Assembly (NCBI GenBank): GCA_907165135.1
Contig: OU015567.1
Span: forward strand, 4,712,001-4,776,000
Length of the DNA: 64,000 nt
Source of the DNA: Oikopleura dioica
Lineage: Eukaryota; Animalia; Chordata
Direction of reading: 5' to 3'
How positions within the stretch are numbered: the stretch's first letter is position 1; each line of letters starts with the position of its first letter. Below are positions 41,191-53,492 of this stretch, piece after piece. The notes under the pieces are model-generated. The model had not been told where the DNA came from. It ran no database searches and saw nothing but the letters and a program-made list of their open reading frames with translations. A program made the position numbers and the translations under genes.

Positions 41191-44100
41191 TTATTTGAAA
41201 TAATCATTACAATGGTAGATATTTTCGGCCCAGAAATAACGATGAATTTTACGCAGTTCAATAAAATCTTCTGCAGAAAAAGTATATTTGTTAATTAATT
41301 GTTCGATATTTGCTGTCGCGAGCATCTCAGAATTGGCTAAAGCCAAAGGACCGCAATCGTTATCGTATTGTGGAGTAAATGGCGGTAAAATGCATTCGAC
41401 TTCGGTATTCCAAAGATAGTCGTAGATTTCAATGAGGATTTTTCCAACTAAATTTAAAATTTTTATACTTAAATTATGAGGTCATCATACGATAGTGCCA
41501 ATAATCATCCGGAGAGTCGGGAACATGATCGCGAAGAATAATTTTCTGAGAGTCTCGTAAGAGTCCAACAGCAAAGAAATGACCAACTTTTCTTCCTGAT
41601 GCGATAAATTTTCGGTCTTTATGTGCATTTTCGTTCAGAAGAAATGTGAATATTATTCTTTTGAATTCTCGCGCGGACGTCGGATAAAAAAATTTTATTC
41701 TTTCCAAAATCGTTGATTTATCCTGTTGAAAAGACGTAAGAATTGCACTGGTAATGTTGGGATCCACAATCAAGACATCATCTGACTGCTGATCATTCAT
41801 GTTTTTGACGAGATGACTGAAGATATCTTTCTCAGAGTTCAGAATGGCATTCTTGAAGTTATGAAAACGGAGATTGAGAGAAAATTAAGACATTAAGAAT
41901 GCTTGATTTTGAACTCTGATCTATAAAATATGTTTTATTTTTGTAGAAGGAATTTTTTCTCGCGGTTATCTGACGATTGTATTCAAGATCATTCTTTCGC
42001 TTCATTCCTTCGATTTTTCGAGAAACAGCTCGATTGTCGATTTTCAATTGAGGCAAGACGAATTTGTTGACTGAATAAGGCAGTCCATGTTTGAGAGTCG
42101 GATAAGATTTTTTTAGGCTCCTCTTCATAGACATTTCGTCGCTGAGTCGATCTGTCATCAATCTGCTCTTCAGTTTCGTTTTCTTCTTCAGTCTCTTTTC
42201 CAGTGAATAAGCTTTTGAATTCTTCAATTAATGTGCTTTTTTTCTTTTTTGCTGGAGGACTTGGAAGATAATTGGTTTGATTTTTCTTTGGATCTTCACG
42301 AACATATTCGACAACTCGCTCACTAACAGAATGATCGTATATTTTGCAGTTTTCGAATTCTCCACTGTTGCATTGCGTGCAATCAGGACTGCAGATAGTG
42401 TTGGTTAAGACCACTTTCTGCCTGTCGCTGTTCCAAGTTGCCATTCTGACACGACGGCATTGGAATGATCCAATGAGCTCTTCCCTTGGCAAAATTGGAT
42501 AATTGTCCAAATTAACAAAGAATCTCTCGAAATATGTGTCTTCAGGCCTTTCGTTCTTGAGTCGTTCTTCTTCCAATTCAAGTCCGCAAATCAACGAATC
42601 AATATCAAGCCCCTCATCACGCGCGTTCAGTCTCTGTGCGGTTGCAGGAACCATAGAATGGTAGGCATCAATGATACTCAAAGATTTGGATTTTAAATTG
42701 AAATCGAAAGTCTAAACCTTAAGAACAGGCAATTAAAAAAAATTTCACCGAATCTTTCCGTGGGCTGGAGCCTTAAAGCGTATCGTCGAACTTCTCAGAT
42801 TCCGAAGCATCGCCAAGGAATACTTATTTTTAAATTCTGATCCTTAAATATGGTCACAATTCGGTTCGCATCGATAAATCAGAGAGGGATGACCAGGTTC
42901 GTGAGGACTAGGTTCGTTAGACTAGGTTCGTAGGTGCCATGTCGGAGAAAATAATTGGTGTGACTAGGTTCGTGGAAATATGATTTTATATGGATTTTTT
43001 TGTATCGTCGGCATTTTCGGACAGTAAGGGAAATGGGTTGATAACTAGGTTCGTGGGACTAGGTTCGTGAGTTTTTAAATTGCAAAAATTTTCGGGCAAT
43101 AAGGGAAATTGGCTGATGACTAGGTTCGTGTGACTAGGTTCGTGAGTTTTTAAATAGTATAGATTTTCGGTCAGTAAAGGAAATGGGTTGATGACTAGGT
43201 TCTCGGGACTAGGTTCGTGAAGACAAGGGTAAATTTCTACTATTTAAAAACTCACGAACCTACTCACACGAACAAAGTCCCACGAACCTAGTCCCACGAA
43301 CCTAGTCATCAATCCATTTCCTTTACTGCTCTTAAATTTTAACCATTTAGAAACTCACGAACCTAGTCCCACGAACCTAGTCATCAACCCATTTCCCTTA
43401 CTGCCCTAAAATATAGCCCGATTTCAATACTCTGGCAGAACCAACCACGAACCTAGTCCCACGAACCTAGTCTTCACGAGCTAAGTCGTCATTCCTATAA
43501 ATCACAGCTGAAAATTTTATGACCATTCCTGAGTTATCTGAGCAAATAACGATATGTTTGTCCGCAATGTCGATACCTTCGTCAGAAGCTTTACGAAAAG
43601 CAATGGTTTCAAGATCTTTTATGTGACTGGTTGACTTCTTCTGAGATATACCATGGATGACAAATCGTCTCCAGGATTCGGTAAGATCATCGAAAATCGT
43701 GAAAAGATATGTTAACGGAGCGATTGGTCGAGTGTTCTGAAATTAAGTTTGATTTAACTAACTAACTAATAATCAATACCAAATACTGTCCTTGAGTTCG
43801 CATTGAAGGAAGAAGTGTAAATGATCGGCCATAATCGAACTAAGTTAAGTTTAAATGATCTGATACTAATTTAAGATAAACCTCAACATAAATGAATTTT
43901 CGATCAATCTCCACATCCCCAGCCCGGCAGATAATTTTGTTCTCTTTTGCATGAACCTTGTCAAACCAATGAGCTTGGATTTCTGACAAGCTTTGAATGC
44001 AAAATTCTTTCGCTCTTCTGAAATCCATCATGCATTCCTCGGAGCCTCTCGGTATCCAAAGAGTGTTTCCATGCGCCTTTTTATCAGATCGAAAATGTGG

Positions 44101-45666
44101 TAGTCGATAGATCTTTCCAGTAGTCTGCACGTTTTTAAGCAGGTCATTGATTGCTTCTTCAACTGACTTCGAAGAGCATTTGTGATGACATTTAACACAA
44201 CCATTTTGCTGAGTTGAGTGAGCGAAGCAGCCTTGTAAAAATTTTAAACAAGAAAATGAAAACAAACCTACTTGAGTATTTTTTGCTGTCTGCGCACATA
44301 ATATTCTCAAAAGAATTTGTTCCGCAGACAGTTTTTTCCAGAATCGAAGACACTGTAATCCATTTATGAGAGGACCGAGATTCCTGCGGTAAATTTTCAC
44401 GGATAATTTGATTGAGATGCACTGTAGATGCCTCCGCATTTGTGCAACTCGAGCAAAGACATTGGTGCTGCCAGAAATGATCGGAAGATCTTGTTATAAT
44501 ATTTTTCGGTCTGACCTTTTATAGCTTATTTAAGTCTGTCTTTCAATTATAAGAAATTGCATAAAACTATTATAAGCCTTTCCTTGTTAATTAAGTATGG
44601 TGTGAATTTTGAAGAAATTTCATTAACTTCAGCGTAGATCTCCGGCAAACTTTTACAAAGAACATATTTTTGAACCCTCATAATTTGAGCGCTCTTCTGA
44701 CCAATTTTTTTTTCCTCATAAAACGCACTTTTGAAGTTTGACAAATTAAATAAATTGTAAAAATTCTTGCCTGTTGATATAAATTTCATCTAAGAATTTC
44801 AAATTGGATTTTTGTCAAACTCTCCCATACTGATCATAAAAGCGTTTGTGCAACGGAGTGCATTTTAATGGGTCGATTATCATCATCGATTGCTTTCCAA
44901 CAACTGGAGTTGACGAAGCGTACCAAATTTTTACTAAGGCCTCTTTTTCATCATCTGTAAGAGTTTCAATACGTTTTTTGCGAAGATCAGGACAGTCAGG
45001 GCCATTTTGGAGTTTTTCTCGGTCGGATATTGCCGTTTGAACCCTAAAGCGAGAAACGCCAATAGAGTCGAAACTTCTCATGATGAATTTTTTGACAAGA
45101 GGTCCAGGGGTTTCTGGGATAAGTGACGCTAGAATACGTCTCGAGACATCATGATTACGAATTTTTTCGATCAGGCCGCCGATTACTTCCAATGGTACAA
45201 GATTTAGCGCGTATTCAACGCAATGTCTCGTTTCAGGATCCAATGGATCAAGGATTGTTTGAACTCGCGCAACTGTCGTTTTTATCTTGTCTGAGATGTC
45301 GTCATCATTGTTATCCTGGGACAGTTGTAAAGTCAGCTCTGTCTCGAGTTCCGAAGCTTCCAGTGAGCGTTTTTTTGTTTGATAAGATTTTCTTCGCTTT
45401 GCACTGTCATATTCTGGTGTCTTATCATTCTCAGTGCTGATTCGTTCATCATCAGCCAATATATCCTCTATGTCCTTCTTCTGATAAGACGAGTATGGAT
45501 TTTTCGAAAAATTAGTTCTGCAAATCATCGAATGACGGTCAAATAAGGTGATCGGAACGGTAGTTTTACAGGCCATGCAGACAATTCCAAAGCATTTTTG
45601 TTTATGCTCCCGATAATATTCATTTTGCGACATCGTTTGAAGACAGTATGGGCAGGTTCTTTTCAT
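41191..45666 (-). CDS. Spliced transposase-like gene: Cys/His zinc fingers + DDE/DDD-type catalytic core + Cys-rich segment + Ulp1/C48-like cysteine protease
   Basis: CPYC..H..C / CMAC..H..C fingers; QCLCSSC; KFIY|FDYGRSF; YISEEVNQSH; VICSDNSG|SEFKNKY; APAHGK; protease motifs GHFFAV, ILRD, PQYDNDCG. One junction after HGK could not be put in frame. Confidence 0.7.
42882..43496. mobile_element. 615-bp foldback MITE made of GACTAGGTTCGTG arrays, inside an intron of the transposase-like gene
   Basis: Left half gactaggttcgtg units, right half cacgaacctagtc units; 8-bp TSD ATAAATCA at 42874-42881 and 43497-43504. Confidence 0.85.
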
Positions 45667-45874
45667 TTTGTGACCTTGACGGGCTACAAATAATTGAAAA
45701 CAAGCGAAATATCTAATGACGTACATTTAGATTTGTTTTTTGCTGGCATAATTATTGTTTGTGGAGCTGCATACCGTTTCGGAGCGCAACCGAAAACCAA
45801 ATGTTCATTGTAATTTTCGGGCCCTGTGAATGTCCTTTTACACTTTCGGCAAGTGATCCCTTAATTTTATTTAA

Positions 45875-46704
45875 GGACCCCCTGTCAAGTTTGACGATTT
45901 TAACAAATGGATTTGATTAGTTCTGAGAATCATTCTTCTGTATAACGGTCGGAGTCAAAAATAAGGGACTCTTTTTGATCCAAAATTTTCGAAAAAAGTC
46001 TCTTAATTTGGGTCATCAAAGCAAAAAATATGTCGCTGCAAAATTTTTTCAAAGTATAATTTTTGCAGCATAACCGAGAAAGCTTACTAGTCTCAGAAAG
46101 TGGGAATGACGACTAGGTTCGTGAGGACTAGGTTCGTTGGACTAGGTTCGTGTGACTAGGTTCGTGTGACTAGGTTCGTCTGACTAGGTTCGTGAGTTTT
46201 TAAATAGCAAAGATTTTTGGTCAGTAAAGGAAACGTGTTTGACTAGGTTCGTGGGACTAGGTTCGTGGGTTTTTGAATAAGCAAAATGTGGGATTTAAAC
46301 CAAATGTGAGTATATAAAAATCCAAATTCCACGAACCTAGTCTCACGAACCTAGTCAAACACGTTTCCTTTACTGACCAAAAATCTTTACTATTTAAAAA
46401 CTCACGAACCTATTCAGACGAACCTAGTCACACGAACCTAGTCACACGAACCTAGTCCTATGAACCTAGTCAACAACTCATTTCGATTACTGACGGAAAT
46501 CTTTACTATTTAAAAACCCACGAACCTAGTCACTCGAACCATTTTTCAAACATGGCTCCAACGAACCTTGCCCTACGAACCTGGTCCTCACGAACCTGGT
46601 CATCGGTCTCTAGAAAGTCCCCTTAATTGGATTTCTTTCTGCCGCTGATTTCCGGCATTTTTAGCCAAAAAGTTCCTAAATCACTTGACGTGGGGGGGGG
46701 GTCC
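45875..46704. mobile_element. TTAA-flanked MITE carrying a nested foldback element
   Basis: TTAA|GGACCCCCTGTCAAGT ... ACTTGACGTGGGGGGGGGGTCC|TTAA; TSDs at 45871-45874 and 46705-46708. Confidence 0.75.
46102..46610. mobile_element. Second copy (opposite orientation) of the GACTAGGTTCGTG foldback MITE
   Basis: Same asymmetric ends (GGGAATGACGAC.. / ..GGTCATCGGTCTC); near-perfect 8-bp TSD CAGAAAGT / TAGAAAGT. Confidence 0.85.
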
Positions 46705-46771
46705 TTAAACGATTTGAATGATTTATTATATACCAGTGCATTCTGCAAAGTGATCGTCGTTCTCACTGCTT

Positions 46772-49700
46772 CTAAACTCGCCACAATTTAAGCATTGAAA
46801 GAAGTTTGGAGTATCTAAAGAACGAGGTTGATGAAAGAACAAGTCGAATTCGAAAACCTTGCATCACGACGATTGGCCCGATCGGACGATAACCGGAAAC
46901 GAAAAGAGCGCTCAAAAAATATGAGGTCAAAAGTATCAAAATCAGCAATGCTGAAATTATTCCCAGAACGACAGCCATCACCAATCTTTTTTGAATCAAG
47001 ATATTAAGAAAGAAAAACAATAAACAAACGAATTCGCAGAAAAAAAAAATTTATTTCTCAGACATGAAAGCAGAGAATCTATTGTAAATATTTTCAACAC
47101 AAAAGATAATTATGACAAAAACTATAAATCTGATGTTGTTATTTATCCAGCGCACAAGACAAGCAAAAACTAAAATTGCGAGAAATTTTGGATCAAATAG
47201 ATAGGAAAGTATATGTTTTTCAAGCTGAAAGACTGTTTCTCCAGCAATTGAGAGCGGCAAGTCGATTCGAGTCAAATCCGTTGGAGCAGAGTCGCTTAAA
47301 ATCGATTAATCATCGGAAAAACCTTGATTTATCTAACCATAAATATCCACATCCGAACAAGATGATAATGATTTTCGAGAAAAGCATTGTCTTAACCTTA
47401 AATATGAATTAAAAAAAAATCTTTTTGCCAAAAACAACAGTATTTTAAATAAAAAATGAGCCAAAACAAACTAAACAAAGGAAACCGAGTACAATAAATA
47501 CAAAAGGCGATTTTTTCCAGATTTGAATTATAAGAATCAGACTAAGCAGAAGGAGAGAAATCCAAAGAAGTAAAATAAATGAGATAGTTTTATTTCCCAA
47601 ACATGCGACTAATTTTTGCCAGTATCCCGGCGAGAATATTTGAAAACCTACAAATTTATACGTGCTTGCAAATTCATCAAGCGCCGTAAATTCTAAAGAG
47701 GTAAGATTCAGCTCATTATCAATTATTGACAAGATTTGATGTTGAATTCCGTAATTTTCTTTCATTAATAATTCGAACTGATATGAATTTGTAAGAGAAA
47801 ACTCAATCTCATAATCATTTGAAATCGGTGGAATTGTCATATTTCGACTAGCAACAATAATTGCGTACGGTGATTGCCTTCTCTCGCAGCAGACAACTCC
47901 ATCTGAACGAGATTTTAAGATTATGTCGTCGAAATATATTCACCCGAATCCATTATACGAAAGGGGGTTCTACTGATCTGTCAATTGCAAAAGCTCCGAT
48001 TCCAGCCTCAAAGCAAATTTCTGTTTCAAGTGAATGAGCTCTTCCGATTGAGACTTCCTGTTGCTTGATTCTGGCTAATGAGTGTCGCCCGATTCCATCA
48101 AGCATCTTATTTTCTGGGCACAAGAAATTCAAATTTCCAAATCCATGACGGCAACTAAAACTGACTAGAATGGTCAACTCACAAAACATACCTCTCTCTT
48201 TTGAAAGTGTTAAATTTTCCATCAATATGATTTTTAATTATGACGGAGCCCGCAAAATCTGGTTTTTCGAATTTTTTTCCGGCGATTCGGCCTCGAGATT
48301 GCACTTCAACGCGATGAAACCGGGTAAGTCCGATCGGAAAAGATACTTTCACTGTAAATATAATTAACCGGCGAAAATGAATAAAAATATTTACAATTTA
48401 TCTTTAGACCAAGAAGCGTTTTTTCATTACTATAAGGGAGCACATTCGCATGATGGACTTCAAAAAGTCCATTTCGTACTATTTCTTCACAGATTCTTGT
48501 TGTTTCTTTATCACCATCTTTGGGGAAAGACGTTTGGGATCCTTTGCATAACCCCACAAAGATTTGCTCGGTGTGAAAGTCTAAATTCATTTTTATAGAA
48601 AACCAACGTATATCATTTACAGTCAGGGCTTCCAATTTCGGGCCTTTCAAATTCACGTTTTACGGCGAGAATCCGAAAAATAAGGCTTGGAATAACACGG
48701 ATTTTTGAGTAAATCCGCGAAAGAAAAAGTGAATTGAGAAGCTCTAATTGTACAAAATATGATAATTAAATGTTTGCGATAACAATGATAATTTAAAATT
48801 ACCTAATCCACTGCACAAATTTGTCCGCTGCAAAAAACAATGAGCCACTGTCGTGAGTTTTTTATAACGACTCATTTGCGTATCAAGTATCCAGGAAACG
48901 GTTTCCTGGTCAAAAGGGGCACGAATCGTCTTTGTAACATTTGAAATCGAGTCAAATATTCTTGCGTTGATTGTTCCAATATTTGATTCCAGTTTCAGTT
49001 CATTCTCCTTTAATTCTTCGATTACATTTTTGAGTGACTCTTCGAGAGACTGCGTCTCTTTATGACTGTAATACGATCCGAAAAAAGGACTTTTTAAAGC
49101 ATTCAATAAAAGATCAGTAAGAAATTCAAGAACGAATTTCATTCTGTTTAAAGAAATAACTGAATGCCATTCCTTGCGTACGCAAAGTCTAGGAGGTGAC
49201 TGTCGAGAACGCCACGTCGTTGTATTTTATGAATCACTTCGTCAGCAAGATCTTGAATGTGATTACTCGCCAAAAAATTTCGGGAGAAAAGTCCTGGATT
49301 GCTGATTTCATCATTGACGTAAACGCGACCGCCAATCTTAGTCCCGGTATTTTGGAGGCTCTACATATTTCGAGTTTCTCCTGTTCAACAATTTTTTCAA
49401 ATGAAAGTCGGTCTTCGTCGTGCATAAATTTCGAATACGTAAATTTTTCGTGGTAAGATTTCGGAATCTGGAAAAAATTTTCTTTTTGTGATTTCTTGGA
49501 GGCATAATAATCATTCTCATTCACATAAGAAGAGAAAGCTAGGATCACAGCTTGCACTTTAATAAATTAAATTTAAGCTAGTAAAAATTAATTCTGCCTT
49601 ATTCCTTTTTAATCATAAAATTTCCAAGAAGCGTTTTTCGAAGAAGAGATGAATCTGTATCGTCAAGAAAATGATGCAGCTTGATCAATCTTTGAAATTG

Positions 49701-50250
49701 AGCAACGACGTAATTAACGCAAGGGCCCGCCAAGGCATCATCACTCCTTCGCGATCGCCATGATAGCCGAAAGAGCTCGCCGCGATCACAATCGTCTCTG
49801 ATAATAAGTTTTACCATTGATCGGTAAGTCCTTTGATGCGTTTTGTATACATTAATAACTGAAGTGATTGATTTTATTTGCTCGAAATAAAAATAAATAT
49901 TAAGGGTGTCAACAGAAATTTAATAAAACGCTTCCCTTTGCATTTCTTTGTTGTCAATAGGAATATCTCGAACAGACTCAGATTGTAAGTCCATTTCAAA
50001 AAGCATTCGATTCCCATAAAAAGATTCGTAACAAGGACTTGAGTAATGAAAAGAGCGCAGTGTCCTTAAAAATAAAAAGTATAAATTTACTCGAAATCAA
50101 ACAAACCAATTGAATTTTTTTCATTAGGAAAAAATATATTCTCTGCAGACGGCGCTGGATAAAGAATCGCAGTTTCGTAGCTTATACGGGACTCGTAGGT
50201 AATGACGGTATCTGATTTTTCAACGAGACTAAAAGATTGACATTAACGTC
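46772..50250 (-). other. Tight run of co-oriented short ORFs/exons encoding uncharacterised, partly hydrophobic proteins
   Basis: ORFs 46772-47020, 47051-47275, 47445-47840, 47953-48225, 48306-48656, 48744-49142, 49234-49557 and 49599-49817 are all on the minus strand; some can be joined by short introns; no domain recognised. Confidence 0.4.
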
Positions 50251-50336
50251 TAGAAGAGAACCATAAAAATTATTTTAATAAGCCCAGAAAAATTCGGGCC
50301 AACTCCGGTCTGCAACTGTCTAAACATAAGCAGTTT

Positions 50337-51075
50337 GCAGGTCCTTCGGGCCGGTTAACCTTATTCGCGGACTCTCGAAGAAAAACCGGTCCGCCGGCCC
50401 TGCGGACCGACTGAGCCCGGTCTCGAGCTGTAGAAAAAAAAGCGTCTTGCCGGCCCTTCGGACCGGTTCCGCCAAATTTCCAGATGATGAAGAAAAAACA
50501 GCTTTATGGCCCTACGTGCCGACTCAGCAAAGTCTCGAGCTGTAAAAAAAAGCTTGCCCGCCCTTCGAGCAAGTTACGCCAATTTTCGAGCTAATCAAAA
50601 AAAAAGCGGCTTGCCGGCCTTTCGGACCGGTTCCGCTAAATTGCATGAAGATCAAGAGAAAACAGCTTGACGGCCCTTCGGACCGAGTCAGCCCAGTCTC
50701 GAGCTGCCCAAGAAAAAGTAGCTTGAGGGCCCTTTTGGCCCGTTCAGCCAGTCTAGAGCTGTTCGAGAAAAAGCGATTTGCCGGCCCTTCGGACCGGTTC
50801 CGCCAAATTGCATAATGATCATGAAAAAACGGCTTGAGGGCCCTTCGGACCGAGTCAGCCCAGTCTCGAGCTGCCCAAGAAAAAGTAGCTTGAGGGCCCT
50901 TTTGGCCCGTTCAGCCAGTCTAGAGCTGTTCGAGAAAAAGCGATTTGCCGGCCCTTCGGACCGGTTCCGCCAAATTGCATAATGATCATGAAAAAACGGC
51001 TTGACAGACCAACTCAGCCAAGTCTCGAGCTTTTCTTTAAAAGCGGCTTGCCATCCCTTCGGGCCGGTTCCGCGA
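50337..51075. repeat. GC-rich tandem repeat, 167-bp period with ~55-bp subunits
   Basis: Near-identical copies offset by 167 bp (50701 vs 50868; 50774 vs 50941); core GGCCCTTCGGACCG. Confidence 0.85.
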
Positions 51076-51372
51076 AAACACGAGACGATAAAGAATAAGA
51101 AGCTTGAATTCTGTTTATAATTAATTGATTTTTGTTCTGTGGAAAAATTTTTGACAAATAATAAGCAATCAAGGAAGCCTATTTTTGCCGTTTTTGTCAG
51201 CGAGATGACCACAGAACTAGATCAATGCTTACTTGAATTCTTTTACTTATTTGAAAAAAGCTTTCAGGAAAAATTCTGACAAAGAACGTCCTGGATCTCT
51301 CCATTTTGAAACAATGTCATCCTGATTACTGAAGAGCTTAATTCAATCCCCCAATATTCTTATGTTGACGCT

Positions 51373-52290
51373 TTACCTTGACTTAAATTCATCATTTAAT
51401 AAATGAATTTTTTTTCTCTCGTTAGGTAAAGGTGTCGCTCTTGTGGAAGAGCTGAAAATCTCTGGCATCGAATCTCTACGGCTTCTGTTTTTTGCATTTG
51501 TAAAGATTTCATCAAGATATTTATCGAAAATTTCTCCGTTTCGAGTGACAATAATGAGTAGAAAGCTGTTCAATAGTGTCGAAACAAGAAACAAGAAAGA
51601 AATTTTCAGAAAATTCATCCTGAAATGATGATCATTGAAAAGAAATTCAGCCTGAGGTACTCATTTCGCACTTTTGATTTCATCTAGTGGTAAAAGAGCG
51701 CCTTTTCACAGCTTAAAAATAAACTAGTTTTTTTTTTTGTCTCGAAAAGCGAATTTTCGCGTTAAGTGACCCCATTAAGGGTATCGGTGATAAGATTTCT
51801 GCTGAAAATCACACCCTTATATTTATCTGTATCTAAAGCTCGTTATCACTTCAAACAAAAACGCCTAGCTTTCAAAAGTTTGCGACACATTTTTCGTTCT
51901 TGAATCTATAAAATGTTCCCGCTAAAGCGTCCTCAAGTGCGCCGCTTTGCGAGACCGCAGTTTCTACTCGCACCGACAAGTCTGCAACCGAAGTCTCGAC
52001 TGAAGTTTTCAGCGTGTCAGTTTTGGTTGAAATCTTTGTCAGATCTTCACGGATAGTTCCGATGGTATCTGTGGCCATTTCTTCAAGTCGCTTGTGGAAA
52101 GTAACTGTCACGTTTTCTATTTTCTCGTCGACATTTCCATCCCATCTTAATTCTAAATCGCCGATTCTGGACTCCAGTTCGAAAGCAGTTGCGTCACCCA
52201 TGTGCTCTTCAACAGCAGTGAGAATCTTTGTTATGCCTTCTGGTCGCAATTCGAAATGTTCAACTTTACCAACAGTTGGTAAACTCGTGG
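51373..52290 (-). CDS. Uncharacterised exons: coiled-coil-like segment (51872-52290) and a hydrophobic-leader ORF (51373-51618)
   Basis: Protein-like ORFs; gene model unresolved. Confidence 0.35.
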
Positions 52291-52661
52291 TTCAGTCGAA
52301 AAACACGAGAATTTTGCACCCGGAGGAAAATATATCACTAAAAGAGCCGCGATGAAAGCGTGGTGGCTTCGGTGTCCGCACCGGTTTTGGTGTCCGCCCG
52401 CGATTCTGATCAGGTTATCTTCTCTATTTTTCTTTGCCTTTCCAAATTGCTCTCCCTCTAAAATTCCCGAAAATTTCAAACCCACAGCTGAATCTCACTT
52501 ATTTAAATCAAGATGCAAACATAAGTACCCGTGAAAAATAAAAAATTCTTCATCGATTTTCTGGAGAGAAGAAATGCGCATGTAGAACTCTCGACACAGT
52601 CCCAAAGTCCGCACGGTAGGTACCCCTCAAAGGTACCGAAATCAAAATATTTTTTGCTCTT

Positions 52662-53345
52662 TTATCTAAACCTCTTCTCCAACAAAATAGTAATTCCAAA
52701 AAAACTATTTCCAATATTCAAAATTGTGAAAAAATCGAGAGCTTTTGCGTTGTACCCGACCACCAGCGCAAGAACTGAGTCGAGAACCAATACAGTAATT
52801 GTCAAGGTTAATTGAAAATTACGGTAACTAGAACTAGCACTGGACGAGGCACAAAAAAGTCGCATCATAAAACCAGGTTTGAGCTTTTAGCTCATTTTTC
52901 TTTGTAGCTCAAAAATACGCAAAGTCTCTCAATTCTTCTGATTTCGAGTTTTATCAAGTTAAAAATAAATTTAAGTACCTATATTTTTGCTGCAATTGTT
53001 AACATGTAAGTAGCGTCATTTTCAAATTAGTTCTATGCTCAAGAGAAAAATCAGCCCATCGTATTCCCCGCCGAGAATTATCCTATTTCGTGAGTCAACG
53101 AAAATAAAAACAAAGAAATAAAATAACCCTTTTTTAGAAGATTCCTTCTTTTCAGACAAAAGAATTGTCGGCCGGTGCTCCAACAAATCTCGCAACAAAC
53201 GTCGCAAGAAAAATATTATCGATAAGATAGCCCAGTACGTTTCCAAGAATGGCAGCCAATTCGAAAATATGATGCGAGAGAAGCAACGGCGCAATTCTGG
53301 AGCTTTACACAGTGCACTAGACACGGTTTTCAACCAACACGCCAT
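52662..53345 (-). CDS. Uncharacterised membrane protein candidate
   Basis: ORFs 53022-53345 and 52662-52868 contain hydrophobic helices. Confidence 0.35.
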
Positions 53346-53492
53346 TTTTCCTTTCTGTACTTTTTGTGAAAAGAAATCGACAAAGCGATGGATAGGTAGT
53401 GAGCCTGGTTAACTGGAGCTTTTTCTTACATAAATAATTCTAGACCAACGACCGGGCAGTCTCGATTTTCGGGGCTGACGCTAGACACTCAG

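Noticed and set aside
42888-43490. CRISPR-like repeat array
   Set aside because: Eukaryotic context, 13-bp units without unique regular spacers, palindromic layout with TSD.
42882-46610. A single 3.7-kb element with long TIRs enclosing the transposase 5' half
   Set aside because: Each repeat block has its own 8-bp TSD, and the transposase frame continues beyond the left block, so these are two separate insertions.
50688-51212. 174-aa ORF with internal repeats
   Set aside because: Read-through of the 167-bp satellite.
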